Source: an uncultured Alphaproteobacteria bacterium | GTDB lineage: Bacteria; Pseudomonadota; Alphaproteobacteria; Rhizobiales; Methyloligellaceae | DNA length: 40,000 bases | Assembly: GCA_963791255.1 (NCBI GenBank) | Contig: CAWBSA010000007.1 | Span: 222,020-262,019 of the forward strand | Reading direction: 5' to 3' | In this document: positions 24,192 through 31,909 of the stretch, one piece after another | How positions within the stretch are numbered: the stretch's first letter is position 1 | How the letters are laid out: the number at the start of each line of letters is the position of its first letter | Made by a program: the position numbers and the translations under genes | Notes under the pieces: generated by a model | Seen by the model: only the letters and a program-made list of their open reading frames with translations | The model's database searches: none | What the model was told of the DNA's origin: nothing

Positions 24192-24535
24192 TTGCGTCAA
24201 ATCCTCATCCTCACGACCGTCATGATCCTCGGCGGCTCCGGCTTGTCCGCCCTGCCGGCGAGCGCAGCCCCATTGCCGCGCGCGAGCGCCTACGGCCCCG
24301 CTTCCGCTACGGTCGAGAGGTCGACTATTGGCGCCACTACTGCAAATTCCACGACTGCACCGGTCCTAACGTCGCGGTCACGGTCGATGCGCCCCCGCCT
24401 GTCGTGAACCCGGACAACCCGGCGATCATCGCCATCGTGCCGATCCGCCCGGTGAGTTGCGGCGAGTTCCATTATTGGAATGGCGCGGCGTGCGTCGATG
24501 CGCGCTACAACAAAGTCTATACCGGCCCGCGCTAG
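24192..24535 (+). pseudogene. Small secreted Cys-containing protein whose signal peptide and mature part lie in different frames (break at C-run 24296-24299)
   Basis: GGGAGG-5 nt-TTG at 24192 gives LRQILILTTVMILGGSGLSALPASA-APLPRASAYGP. After 24299, high GC3 continues only in the -1 frame, reading RFRYGREVDYWRHYCKFHDC...SCGEFHYWNGAACVDARYNKVYTGPR (stop 24533-24535). Confidence 0.5.
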
Positions 24536-24562
24536 CGCCCGCATGCTTGCCATGCGCAAGGG

Positions 24563-24952
24563 CTAGGGCGGCGTTTCGCCGCTCGGGGGAATGCGCGGCC
24601 TGAGCGATGGGTCGACGCCGGTGATGCCGCCGAGATAGCTCAGGATCGCCGACACTTGATCCGGGGAGAATTGGATTTGCGGCATGTCGCGGTGGCGCGA
24701 GCCCATGCCTTCGGCGAAGCCTTCCTCCAACTGCTCGATCGGATATTTGAGATAGACCTCACGAAGCGGCGGCGCCTTGGCGAGCGGGCTCACGCCGGTC
24801 GCGTCGATCGAATGGCACCTTGCGCAATTCTTCTCGAGGATGGCCTTGCCGGCGGCCGCGTCTGAATCGCCGGCGGCGCGCGCGGCGCCAGTGGTTGCCG
24901 CAAGCAGCATGACAAATGCCAAGCCATGACGAGGCAGAAGAACGCCAGCCAC
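24563..24952 (-). CDS. Class I c-type cytochrome (periplasmic)
   Basis: Signal peptide and a single CARCH haem-binding motif. A Met ligand candidate lies in RHRDMPQ. Confidence 0.85.
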   Translation of the reverse strand: MAGVLLPRHGLAFVMLLAATTGAARAAGDSDAAAGKAILEKNCARCHSIDATGVSPLAKAPPLREVYLKYPIEQLEEGFAEGMGSRHRDMPQIQFSPDQVSAILSYLGGITGVDPSLRPRIPPSGETPP

Positions 24953-25052
24953 CGGTCATCCTCGCGAAAGTCACCCAGCAAAGGGGTGAGCACCGAGACA
25001 GCAAGACTACGCCCATCCCGATCAACCGCCTAGTCGCGGCGGCTGACCTTGG

Positions 25053-25880
25053 TCAGACCGCTGGCGATCTGAGCGTGCACAGCCCGTAATGGTCGTAGAT
25101 CACCGACTGCATCGGCCGGTCGGGCCAATAGAGGCGGAACAGCTTGCCGACCGTCGTTGCATCGGCGACGGTAAGGCCTGCCTCGCGCGCGAGCGCAGGC
25201 AAATCGTCGAGCCCGTAGGTCCAGGGCGCACCCATGGCGGCGAAGCGCTCGACGAAGGCGGTCGCTCCCGGCTCTCCCGTGGTCATGCCGACCACCGCCT
25301 CATCCATGTAGTCGAAGGCGATGGCGAAGCGCCGCACACTGTCCTTGAGATCGGTGAGCACCTTCATCACGTAAGGACGCGTGAGGTACATCGTGTTGCC
25401 TTCCCAGATGAAGAATGAGGGCAGGCTCGGGTCGAAGCCGTTCGCCTTGAGCAGGGCGATCACGCCGGAGGTGACGTAATTGGCGGAGATCAGCGTCACG
25501 TGCGCATCGGTGCCGGTCTCCGCATAGCGCGCCTTCTTGAGGTCGAGCGTTCCGGCATCGTCGATCTCGAAATAGGCGACGCCGGGAGCTGCCTTGCGCA
25601 CGGGCCGCGTGTCGAGGCCCGAGCCAAGGATCACCACCTGCTTGCAGCCTTGCGCGATCTGCTCGCCGAGCCGGTCGTCGTAATAGCGTGTCCTGAGGCG
25701 CGGCATGTGCTCGCCGGCCGGGAAATCGGCCTTGATCGCGTCAGCCGCGGCGCGCGTCCGCGCATCGAGGAAGATGGGCACGATGGGGTCGACATAGAGC
25801 GGGTGCGCTTCCTCATTCTCGCGCGCGCGGAACTCCGCGACGACAAAGGCCGTACCGGTCACTTCTCTCACTTCGCTCAT
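25053..25880 (-). CDS. Class I SAM-dependent methyltransferase (LCM / TIGR00027-like O-methyltransferase family)
   Basis: VAEFRARE...PLYVDP and VVILGSGLDTRP (SAM motif I), with FIWEGNTMYL. Confidence 0.8.
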   Translation of the reverse strand: MSEVREVTGTAFVVAEFRARENEEAHPLYVDPIVPIFLDARTRAAADAIKADFPAGEHMPRLRTRYYDDRLGEQIAQGCKQVVILGSGLDTRPVRKAAPGVAYFEIDDAGTLDLKKARYAETGTDAHVTLISANYVTSGVIALLKANGFDPSLPSFFIWEGNTMYLTRPYVMKVLTDLKDSVRRFAIAFDYMDEAVVGMTTGEPGATAFVERFAAMGAPWTYGLDDLPALAREAGLTVADATTVGKLFRLYWPDRPMQSVIYDHYGLCTLRSPAV

Positions 25881-25943
25881 CGCGCGTTCCTTCGTTGATC
25901 GGTCGCTATGTCGGGGAGTTCGATGACAGGGGTTTAGCGCGGC

Positions 25944-26534
25944 TTAAGGCGACGCGTGCTTGTAATGGTCCTCGATCTTCTCGATCAAGAGCCGCCAGGC
26001 CTCGTGCTCGCGGGGGCCTGCGGTCTTCTCAACGGCGATCTGGAGATAGCCAAGCTCGCGCTCAATCTTCTCACGCGGCAGCATGTGCAAGCGGGTGGCG
26101 AGGATCGCCGCCTCGATCACCGCGGCTTGCGCGCGGTTGAAGCCCAAGAACGGCGCGTGCATCGCCTGATGCACCACGCGGCAATGAAAGCGCGGCCGCT
26201 GCTCGTCCTCCTCGATCGCCTCGACCCTGAGCTCGGCATGGGACAGAGCACCGTCGAGCACGACGCCAGGGACATGCGTCGCCGGGCGGGTCGGCCAATC
26301 CTTGCGGCCGGTCAGGCAGCCGGCGAACACCAGCACGTCGTCGGTGAAATTGGCGACGGCAAAGGGCGTGGCCCGGAGATTGTCGAGCGTGGTCGAGGGA
26401 CGGAACGGGGCGATGATCCAGCCTTCGTCCTCCTCGCCTTGACGCGGCGGCGCGGCGATCAGGCCGAGCGGGGCGATATGCACCCTCCCCTCATCGCTCA
26501 GCGTCGTGACGATGCATTCCCGGATCATGGGCAT
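25944..26534 (-). CDS. DUF447 split-barrel protein (MfnF-like, methanofuran biosynthesis family)
   Basis: ECIVTTLSDEGRVHIAPLG...PFRPSTTLDNL. Family assignment is from memory. Clusters with other cofactor genes. Confidence 0.7.
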   Translation of the reverse strand: MPMIRECIVTTLSDEGRVHIAPLGLIAAPPRQGEEDEGWIIAPFRPSTTLDNLRATPFAVANFTDDVLVFAGCLTGRKDWPTRPATHVPGVVLDGALSHAELRVEAIEEDEQRPRFHCRVVHQAMHAPFLGFNRAQAAVIEAAILATRLHMLPREKIERELGYLQIAVEKTAGPREHEAWRLLIEKIEDHYKHASP

Positions 26535-26550
26535 GGCGGCTAAACCGTTT

Positions 26551-27951
26551 TCATTTCGCTTTGCGGCTCTGCTTGGCGATCAGAGTATGGCCCGCCTCTT
26601 TCAGCCGCGTCTTGTCGTCGGCCGGCGCGTCGGCGGCGACGCCCCAATCGAGCGGCTCGTCCTGGGCGTAGCGCTTGGCGAGCCGCCAGGCAATCTCGGC
26701 ACGGGCGAGCTCGGTGCCGAGATAGAAGGCGTGCGCGCCGTCGGCCTCGACACCGAGCTTGGGGAATAGATCGAGCGCGCTCTGCGCCACGTGATGGCCA
26801 TCGCGGTTATAGACGTGGATGCCGTCCTCGGCGATCTCGATGCGGAAGTTCTTGTCGCGCACCTCGCGCGCGGTCTCGGCGATCTCCTGCGGCGTGAGCG
26901 GAAACGGCCGGCGCGAGTGAAGCGCGAGCAGCCCGTCGGCATAGTCCTTCGGCAGGTCGTGCTCGGCGCGCGAGGCATACATGATACGGCGGGCGAGGTC
27001 GTGCTCCTCGACGGTGCGGCGCGTGTGCGGGCTGACTTGCACCACGAGCACGTTCCTGATGTGAAGCTCCGAGGCGATGCCGAGCAGGATTGCGGTGATG
27101 CCGGTCGTGTCGGCGTCGGTCAGCTCGGTGAGATTGCCGGTGCCCATCAGCATCTCGGCGTTCGGTCGCGCGCGACGCACTTCCGCATAACGCTCGAGCG
27201 AGCGCATGAAGCCGAAATTGATGGGATCGAGCACGGGATCGACCAGGTAGGCGTGCCCCTTGGCATCGAGCGCGTCCATGGCGCGATAGAGCGAATCCAT
27301 GTCGCCGTGCTCCTTGGGGATCAGCACCGGCACTGAGGCAACCTGATCGGCAATATGCAGCGTCTCCTCGTGGAGGCTGAGCAGATAGTCTGCGCCGGCC
27401 TTGCCGCCGCGGAGCAATTCGTCGGTGTCGGCCGAATCGACGCTGACCTTGTAGCCCTTCTCTTTCAGCGTCCGGATCGCCTGTTCGAGATGGGGAAAGG
27501 GCGTGTCGGGCAGGCAGCCGAGGTCGATCACGTTGGCGCCGCGCTGAACATAGTCTTGCGCGCGGGCAACGATGACCTCGACCGGAAGCGCCGAGGCATC
27601 GACGATCTCGGCGAAGATCTGAATGTCGTAGCGCGTCATGTCGGCGGCCTTCCGGGCGCGGCCGAAAAACATGGGAATGTCCTTGAGCTCGTCGGGTCCG
27701 CGCACGACCGGCACGCCGAAGCTCGTGCTGAGGCGAGAAAGATCGGCGCGGCAGCGGCCGGGCAGCATGATCTTGTCGGCCTCGACCGGCGTCTTGAGGC
27801 GCCGCAGGATGATGTCCTCGGTCATCAGCGCCGCGACCTTGACGCCGATATCGAGCACCTTCCAGTCGAACGGCGCTTTCATGCCGCTGAGCACGGCCTC
27901 GAGCCTGGCCTTCGCCAAATGTCCGGTCAGGAACAGGATGCTCTCAGCCAT
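26551..27951 (-). CDS. Dihydropteroate synthase-related (pterin-binding) protein of the H4MPT biosynthesis island
   Basis: 466 aa from ATG 27951 (MAESILFLTGHLAK). Pterin-binding-like core (GANVIDLGC, VSVDS, LMGTGNLTELTDAD). The track's upstream 39 codons translate a REP element. Confidence 0.85.
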   Translation of the reverse strand: MAESILFLTGHLAKARLEAVLSGMKAPFDWKVLDIGVKVAALMTEDIILRRLKTPVEADKIMLPGRCRADLSRLSTSFGVPVVRGPDELKDIPMFFGRARKAADMTRYDIQIFAEIVDASALPVEVIVARAQDYVQRGANVIDLGCLPDTPFPHLEQAIRTLKEKGYKVSVDSADTDELLRGGKAGADYLLSLHEETLHIADQVASVPVLIPKEHGDMDSLYRAMDALDAKGHAYLVDPVLDPINFGFMRSLERYAEVRRARPNAEMLMGTGNLTELTDADTTGITAILLGIASELHIRNVLVVQVSPHTRRTVEEHDLARRIMYASRAEHDLPKDYADGLLALHSRRPFPLTPQEIAETAREVRDKNFRIEIAEDGIHVYNRDGHHVAQSALDLFPKLGVEADGAHAFYLGTELARAEIAWRLAKRYAQDEPLDWGVAADAPADDKTRLKEAGHTLIAKQSRKAK

Positions 27952-28027
27952 TTCAGGGTCGCGCTTTGTGGGCCTAGCCGCCCTTCTACCCTGCTTCGCG
28001 GGCGAAGCCGAGAGTATGCAGGGTGTC

Positions 28028-28116
28028 ATTCCCGCGAAAGCGGGAATCCAGTAGACGCTGGAATTCATCGGTCGTGAGCGCGGTGGTTACTGGATTGCCC
28101 GGTCAAGACGGGCAAT
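28028..28116. repeat. Two REP-type hairpins in the intergenic gap inside the minus-strand cofactor operon
   Basis: ATTCCCGC-GAAA-GCGGGAAT (28028-28047) and ATTGCCCG-7 nt-CGGGCAAT (28094-28116). Their translation gives the IPAFAGMT-type pseudo-peptide common in such repeats. Confidence 0.6.
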
Positions 28117-28135
28117 GACACAGGAGCGGGTGCGG

Positions 28136-28804
28136 CTAGTCGATCTCGGCGCCGCAGGGCCTATCGCCCGAAAGCGCGGCGGCGAAGGCAGCCTGGTCGA
28201 GCCGGCCGAGCAAGACCGCGGGCACGCCAGCCTCTTTCAGCATGGCCGGAAAGGCCGCATCGACCACGCCGTCACGGGCAAGCTGCTCGGCGCTGACCTG
28301 CTTCTGGGGTTTGCGCGCGATCGACTTGATCAGGTAGCAACGCCTGGCGCCGAGCCGCCGCGCGAGCCAGAGCGCGAGGCTGTCGGAGGTGATGCGCCAG
28401 CTCTCCTCGATGTCGGTCCGCTCGGCGATCAGCTGGTATGGCGCCCACACCCCGACCAGACCGCGGCCGAGCGCGTCGCCGAGCTCGGCCTCGGTCGCGC
28501 CCACGACGAAGCCTGCCCGCATACCCGCGACCGCCCAGGCGAGCTGATCCATGGCGAGCAGCGCCATGCGATGGGCCGCGGAATCGCCGAAGCCGAGCTC
28601 CGCCTGGCAGGCGCGCACCTCATCGGCGAGTGCCCCTCCCCCCGGCACTACGATTATCGGGCGGCGTGCCGCGGCGATCGCGTCGAGCCAAGACGACAGC
28701 TCCGGCGCGCGCACGACGCTGCCGCCGAGCTTGACGATGACCGGGCGGATGTCGGCCGGGAGCGCCACGGATTCGGCATCCTCACGCAAGACGGCCTCGC
28801 GCAT
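28136..28804 (-). CDS. Amino-acid-kinase-fold protein (MfnE-like kinase family)
   Basis: VIVKLGGSV and IIVVPGGGALAD. ATG at 28804 lies 2 nt after the upstream stop. Confidence 0.75.
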   Translation of the reverse strand: MREAVLREDAESVALPADIRPVIVKLGGSVVRAPELSSWLDAIAAARRPIIVVPGGGALADEVRACQAELGFGDSAAHRMALLAMDQLAWAVAGMRAGFVVGATEAELGDALGRGLVGVWAPYQLIAERTDIEESWRITSDSLALWLARRLGARRCYLIKSIARKPQKQVSAEQLARDGVVDAAFPAMLKEAGVPAVLLGRLDQAAFAAALSGDRPCGAEID

Positions 28805-28806
28805 CC

Positions 28807-29247
28807 TCACGCCCTCCCCTTGCCGCGCCTGATCTCGACGCCGACGGCGCCCGGCTCCTTGTCGAGCTTTTCGATTCTGACGGTGACCGCCGAGGCGCGC
28901 GGGTGAGCGAGACAATGCATCGCCACATCCTCGGCCAGGGTCTCGACCAGATTGATGTGGCCGCGCGCGACGAGGTCCTTGATGCCCTGGATGATCGTGT
29001 CGTAGTCGAAGGCGCGGTCGATATCGTCGTCGAGCGCCACGGTCGTCGGGATCACATCGACATCGACGCTGAAGCGCACGCGCTGGGTCACGCCCTTCTC
29101 ATGGGTGTAGACGCCGATCTCGACGTCGAGCACGAGGTCGTGCATGAACACGCGGTCGAGGGCAGTCGCGGCGATCTTGCGCTTGGCGCTGCGCTTGAGC
29201 TTGGCGCGGCCGGTTCGCTTAGCGGCCTTCGATTGCTTGTCCGCCAT
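28807..29247 (-). CDS. Dihydroneopterin aldolase (FolB)-like protein
   Basis: DRVFMHDLVLDVEIGVYTHEKGVTQRVRFSVDV...DYDTI...NLVETLAE is a FolB-like pattern. Basic N-terminal tail. Start ATG 29247. Confidence 0.8.
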   Translation of the reverse strand: MADKQSKAAKRTGRAKLKRSAKRKIAATALDRVFMHDLVLDVEIGVYTHEKGVTQRVRFSVDVDVIPTTVALDDDIDRAFDYDTIIQGIKDLVARGHINLVETLAEDVAMHCLAHPRASAVTVRIEKLDKEPGAVGVEIRRGKGRA

Positions 29248-29289
29248 CTGCGGCTCACTCCGTCGCGGCGCGCAAAGCCGCACACTGGT

Positions 29290-30018
29290 TTAGCATGGAG
29301 CCGGCGAGAGATCAGGCGTTGCGGCGCCGGCCGCGGCTCGGGGACCGCGCGGAATGAGCGCACGGATCGCCGCGCATGCTTCCGCATCGAGATTTGCCCC
29401 CCTCGCCAGCCCCGCGCAGAGCGCACCGCGGAAGCCGAGAAGATCGGGCTGAAGCGCGAGCAGCTTCGCCACATGCGCCGCCCTGAGCGACCCGGCCAGC
29501 CCAACCAGCAGGCCTTCAGCTCGCGCATCCGCCACGAAGCGGGCCAGTGCTGCCGGCGGCAGATGGTCGAGCAGCGAGCTCCCGTCCTTGCCGGCGGTAT
29601 CGAGCATCACGCCGCGGGCGCCGATCCGCGCCGCGCTCGATATCGCATCGAAGCGCGGCAGCACGTCGGCAAAGACGACGAGGATGAGGGACACGCTCTG
29701 CGTCTCGGCGGCGAGCAGGTTCAATGACCGCTCGGCGTCACCATCGGGAAACAGGCCGAGCTTGACGTGATCGACGCCCAACGCGGCGATCTCCCGCACG
29801 GCGTCGCGGATGGTCTCGGGGCGCATCGGCAGATCGCCGACCGTCGCGCTGACCTCGGCGCGTCCGGCGACGCGCGCCACGCATGCGGCGATCGCGCACG
29901 CGTCGAGAGCGCCGAGCGCGCCCTTGGCAGGGTCTTTCAGGTCGATGATGTCGGCGCCGGCGGCGAGCGCGGTGTCGGCCTCGGCCACGCCGCGCACGCT
30001 CGCGAGAAATCGCGTCAT
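29290..30018 (-). CDS. mfnB: (5-formylfuran-3-yl)methyl phosphate synthase-like (DUF556/MfnB family)
   Basis: MTRFLASVRGVAEADTALAAGADIIDLKDPAKGALGAL, with HVKLGLF and MLDTAGKDG matching the MfnB family as recalled. Confidence 0.75.
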   Translation of the reverse strand: MTRFLASVRGVAEADTALAAGADIIDLKDPAKGALGALDACAIAACVARVAGRAEVSATVGDLPMRPETIRDAVREIAALGVDHVKLGLFPDGDAERSLNLLAAETQSVSLILVVFADVLPRFDAISSAARIGARGVMLDTAGKDGSSLLDHLPPAALARFVADARAEGLLVGLAGSLRAAHVAKLLALQPDLLGFRGALCAGLARGANLDAEACAAIRALIPRGPRAAAGAATPDLSPAPC

Positions 30019-30050
30019 GATTTCGGCCGGCAGGCGGGCGCCTTCAAGCA

Positions 30051-31853
30051 TCAGCGGAACAGCCAGCCGAACATGCCGGCGCCGCCGCTGCCTTCTCCGC
30101 CGCGCCGCGCGCGGCGTGCGCCGGCTCCGCCACCACTGCCAGGAGGGACAGCGCCGCTATTGTCGGCGGCACGCGGCTGCTCGAAGCCCCAGAAGTCGGT
30201 CGGAGCCGGGGCCGTCCGCCGCGCCTTGCGCAACTGGACCTCGCTGGCGTTGCCGTCAGGGTCGGTGACGACCACCGAAACCGCCTGCCAGTTCCATTGC
30301 GCGGCCGCGGGCCCCCAGCTATGCGGCTCGATGGAGATGACCTTGTTGGCGCGCGTGTCGACGATGGCGACATATTCGAGACTCGTGTCGCCGCTCTCGC
30401 CGAAATCGCCGGCGTAATACTGCAACAAGCCGATGCCGGTGAGCGCGTCCTTGAGCAGCTTCCATTCCTGGATCTTGGGCTTGCCCGAGCCGAACATTTC
30501 GAGCTCGACCCTGAGCGAGGGATATTTATCGTTGCTGGCGATATAGCGGTCGGGGGCCGGCTCCTTGATCACCCAGCCGTCCTCCGGCGGACCCAAGGGC
30601 TGGCCGGCTTCCTCGGGCACCTCTTGCGCTAGACGCAGCAACGCCTCGCGGCTTTCGGTCTGGAATGGGTCCTGCACGAGAGCGTTGCGATAATCGACGA
30701 TCCCCTCGTCGGTGCGGTACAGCGCCTCGTAGATATTGCCCCTGATGCGCAGAGCGAGCGGATCGGTCGGCGTGATCTGGAGCGCCTGATTGACGTCTTC
30801 CAGCGCGTCGTCGTTTTGCTCGGCCTGGAGCTTGGCCTCGGCACGCATGGCGTAAGCCCGCACGCTCTTCGGGTCGAGCTCGATGGCCTTGGTCAGATCG
30901 CCGATGGCATCGTCGAAGCGGCGGTTCTGCGTGAAGAGAACACCGCGTTCGATATAGGCGTCGGCGAGATTGGGCTCGGCCTCGATCGCCTTGTTGAGAT
31001 CGTCGGACGCCAGATTGAACTTCTTGTCGCCGGAATAGGCGCGGGCCCGCAGCAGCAAGAGATCGGGGTGCGGCTGATCGGGCTCGAGCGTCATGGCTTG
31101 CGTCGCGTCGTCGGCAGCCTCCTTGAAGTCGCCGATGGCGAGATAGGCGTCGGCGCGGTTGTGATAGGCCGCGGCATATTTCGGGTTGAGGGTGATGGCG
31201 CGGCTGAAATCGCGCACCGCGGCGTGATAGCGCTTCAACTCGGCATGGGCCTTGCCCCGCCCGTTATAGGGCACGGCACTTTGCGGCATCAGCTCGACCG
31301 CCTTGCGGAAATCCTGGAAGGCGGGATCGAATTGCTCAAGCTCGGCGCGGGCGTTGCCGCGGTTGTTGTAGGCCGCGCCGTAATTCGGCGAGAGCGTGAT
31401 GGCGCGGTCGAAGTCCTTCACCGCCTCGTCGGGATGGCCGAGATCCATCAGAGCGTTGCCGCGATTGTTGTAAACCGTAGGGCTGTCGGCGGCGAGCTGG
31501 ATCGATTTGTTGAAATCCTCGATCGCCTCCTTGGTCTGCTTCAGCCGCCATTTGGCGACGCCCCGGTCGCTATAGATGCTGGCCTCGATGAAGTCGGCGA
31601 TCTCCGGCGCGGTCAGAGCCTGATCGTAAGAGGCGATGGCCTTGTCGTAGGCGCCACGCATCAATGCGGCAGCGCCTTCGCGCGCGCGGAGCAGGGTCTG
31701 GTCGTCCTCGGCGGCGCAGGCCAAGGAGGCGAACGCGGCGACGGCCAGTACGAAGACCGGAAGCTTGATCCGTGACGGATGCATTGGCGGCGAGGAATCC
31801 CGTTTCCTGCGAACCTTCCCTCTCATGTCTCCCATAAGGTCGGAGTGTGTCAA
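30051..31853 (-). CDS. Secreted TPR-repeat protein with an unknown C-terminal domain and a Gly-rich tail (start uncertain: 31853, 31826 or 31784)
   Basis: Signal-like IKLPVFVLAVAAFASLACA. About 9 TPR units (repeated YNNRGNA / AI.DF..AI.L.P pattern). The C-terminal ~180 aa are non-TPR and end in GGGAGARRARRGGEGSGGAGMFGWLFR. Confidence 0.8.
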   Translation of the reverse strand: MTHSDLMGDMRGKVRRKRDSSPPMHPSRIKLPVFVLAVAAFASLACAAEDDQTLLRAREGAAALMRGAYDKAIASYDQALTAPEIADFIEASIYSDRGVAKWRLKQTKEAIEDFNKSIQLAADSPTVYNNRGNALMDLGHPDEAVKDFDRAITLSPNYGAAYNNRGNARAELEQFDPAFQDFRKAVELMPQSAVPYNGRGKAHAELKRYHAAVRDFSRAITLNPKYAAAYHNRADAYLAIGDFKEAADDATQAMTLEPDQPHPDLLLLRARAYSGDKKFNLASDDLNKAIEAEPNLADAYIERGVLFTQNRRFDDAIGDLTKAIELDPKSVRAYAMRAEAKLQAEQNDDALEDVNQALQITPTDPLALRIRGNIYEALYRTDEGIVDYRNALVQDPFQTESREALLRLAQEVPEEAGQPLGPPEDGWVIKEPAPDRYIASNDKYPSLRVELEMFGSGKPKIQEWKLLKDALTGIGLLQYYAGDFGESGDTSLEYVAIVDTRANKVISIEPHSWGPAAAQWNWQAVSVVVTDPDGNASEVQLRKARRTAPAPTDFWGFEQPRAADNSGAVPPGSGGGAGARRARRGGEGSGGAGMFGWLFR

Positions 31854-31909
31854 TAACGGGTCGCGGGGCGGTCTATGAGTGGCTTTTTCCTCGGTTTTCC
31901 CGACCCAGC

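Noticed and set aside
26551-28068. 505-aa form of the DHPS-related gene starting MNSSVYWIPAFAGMT
   Set aside because: The extension is the translation of REP hairpins (28028-28047). The real start is ATG 27951 (MAESILFLTGHL).
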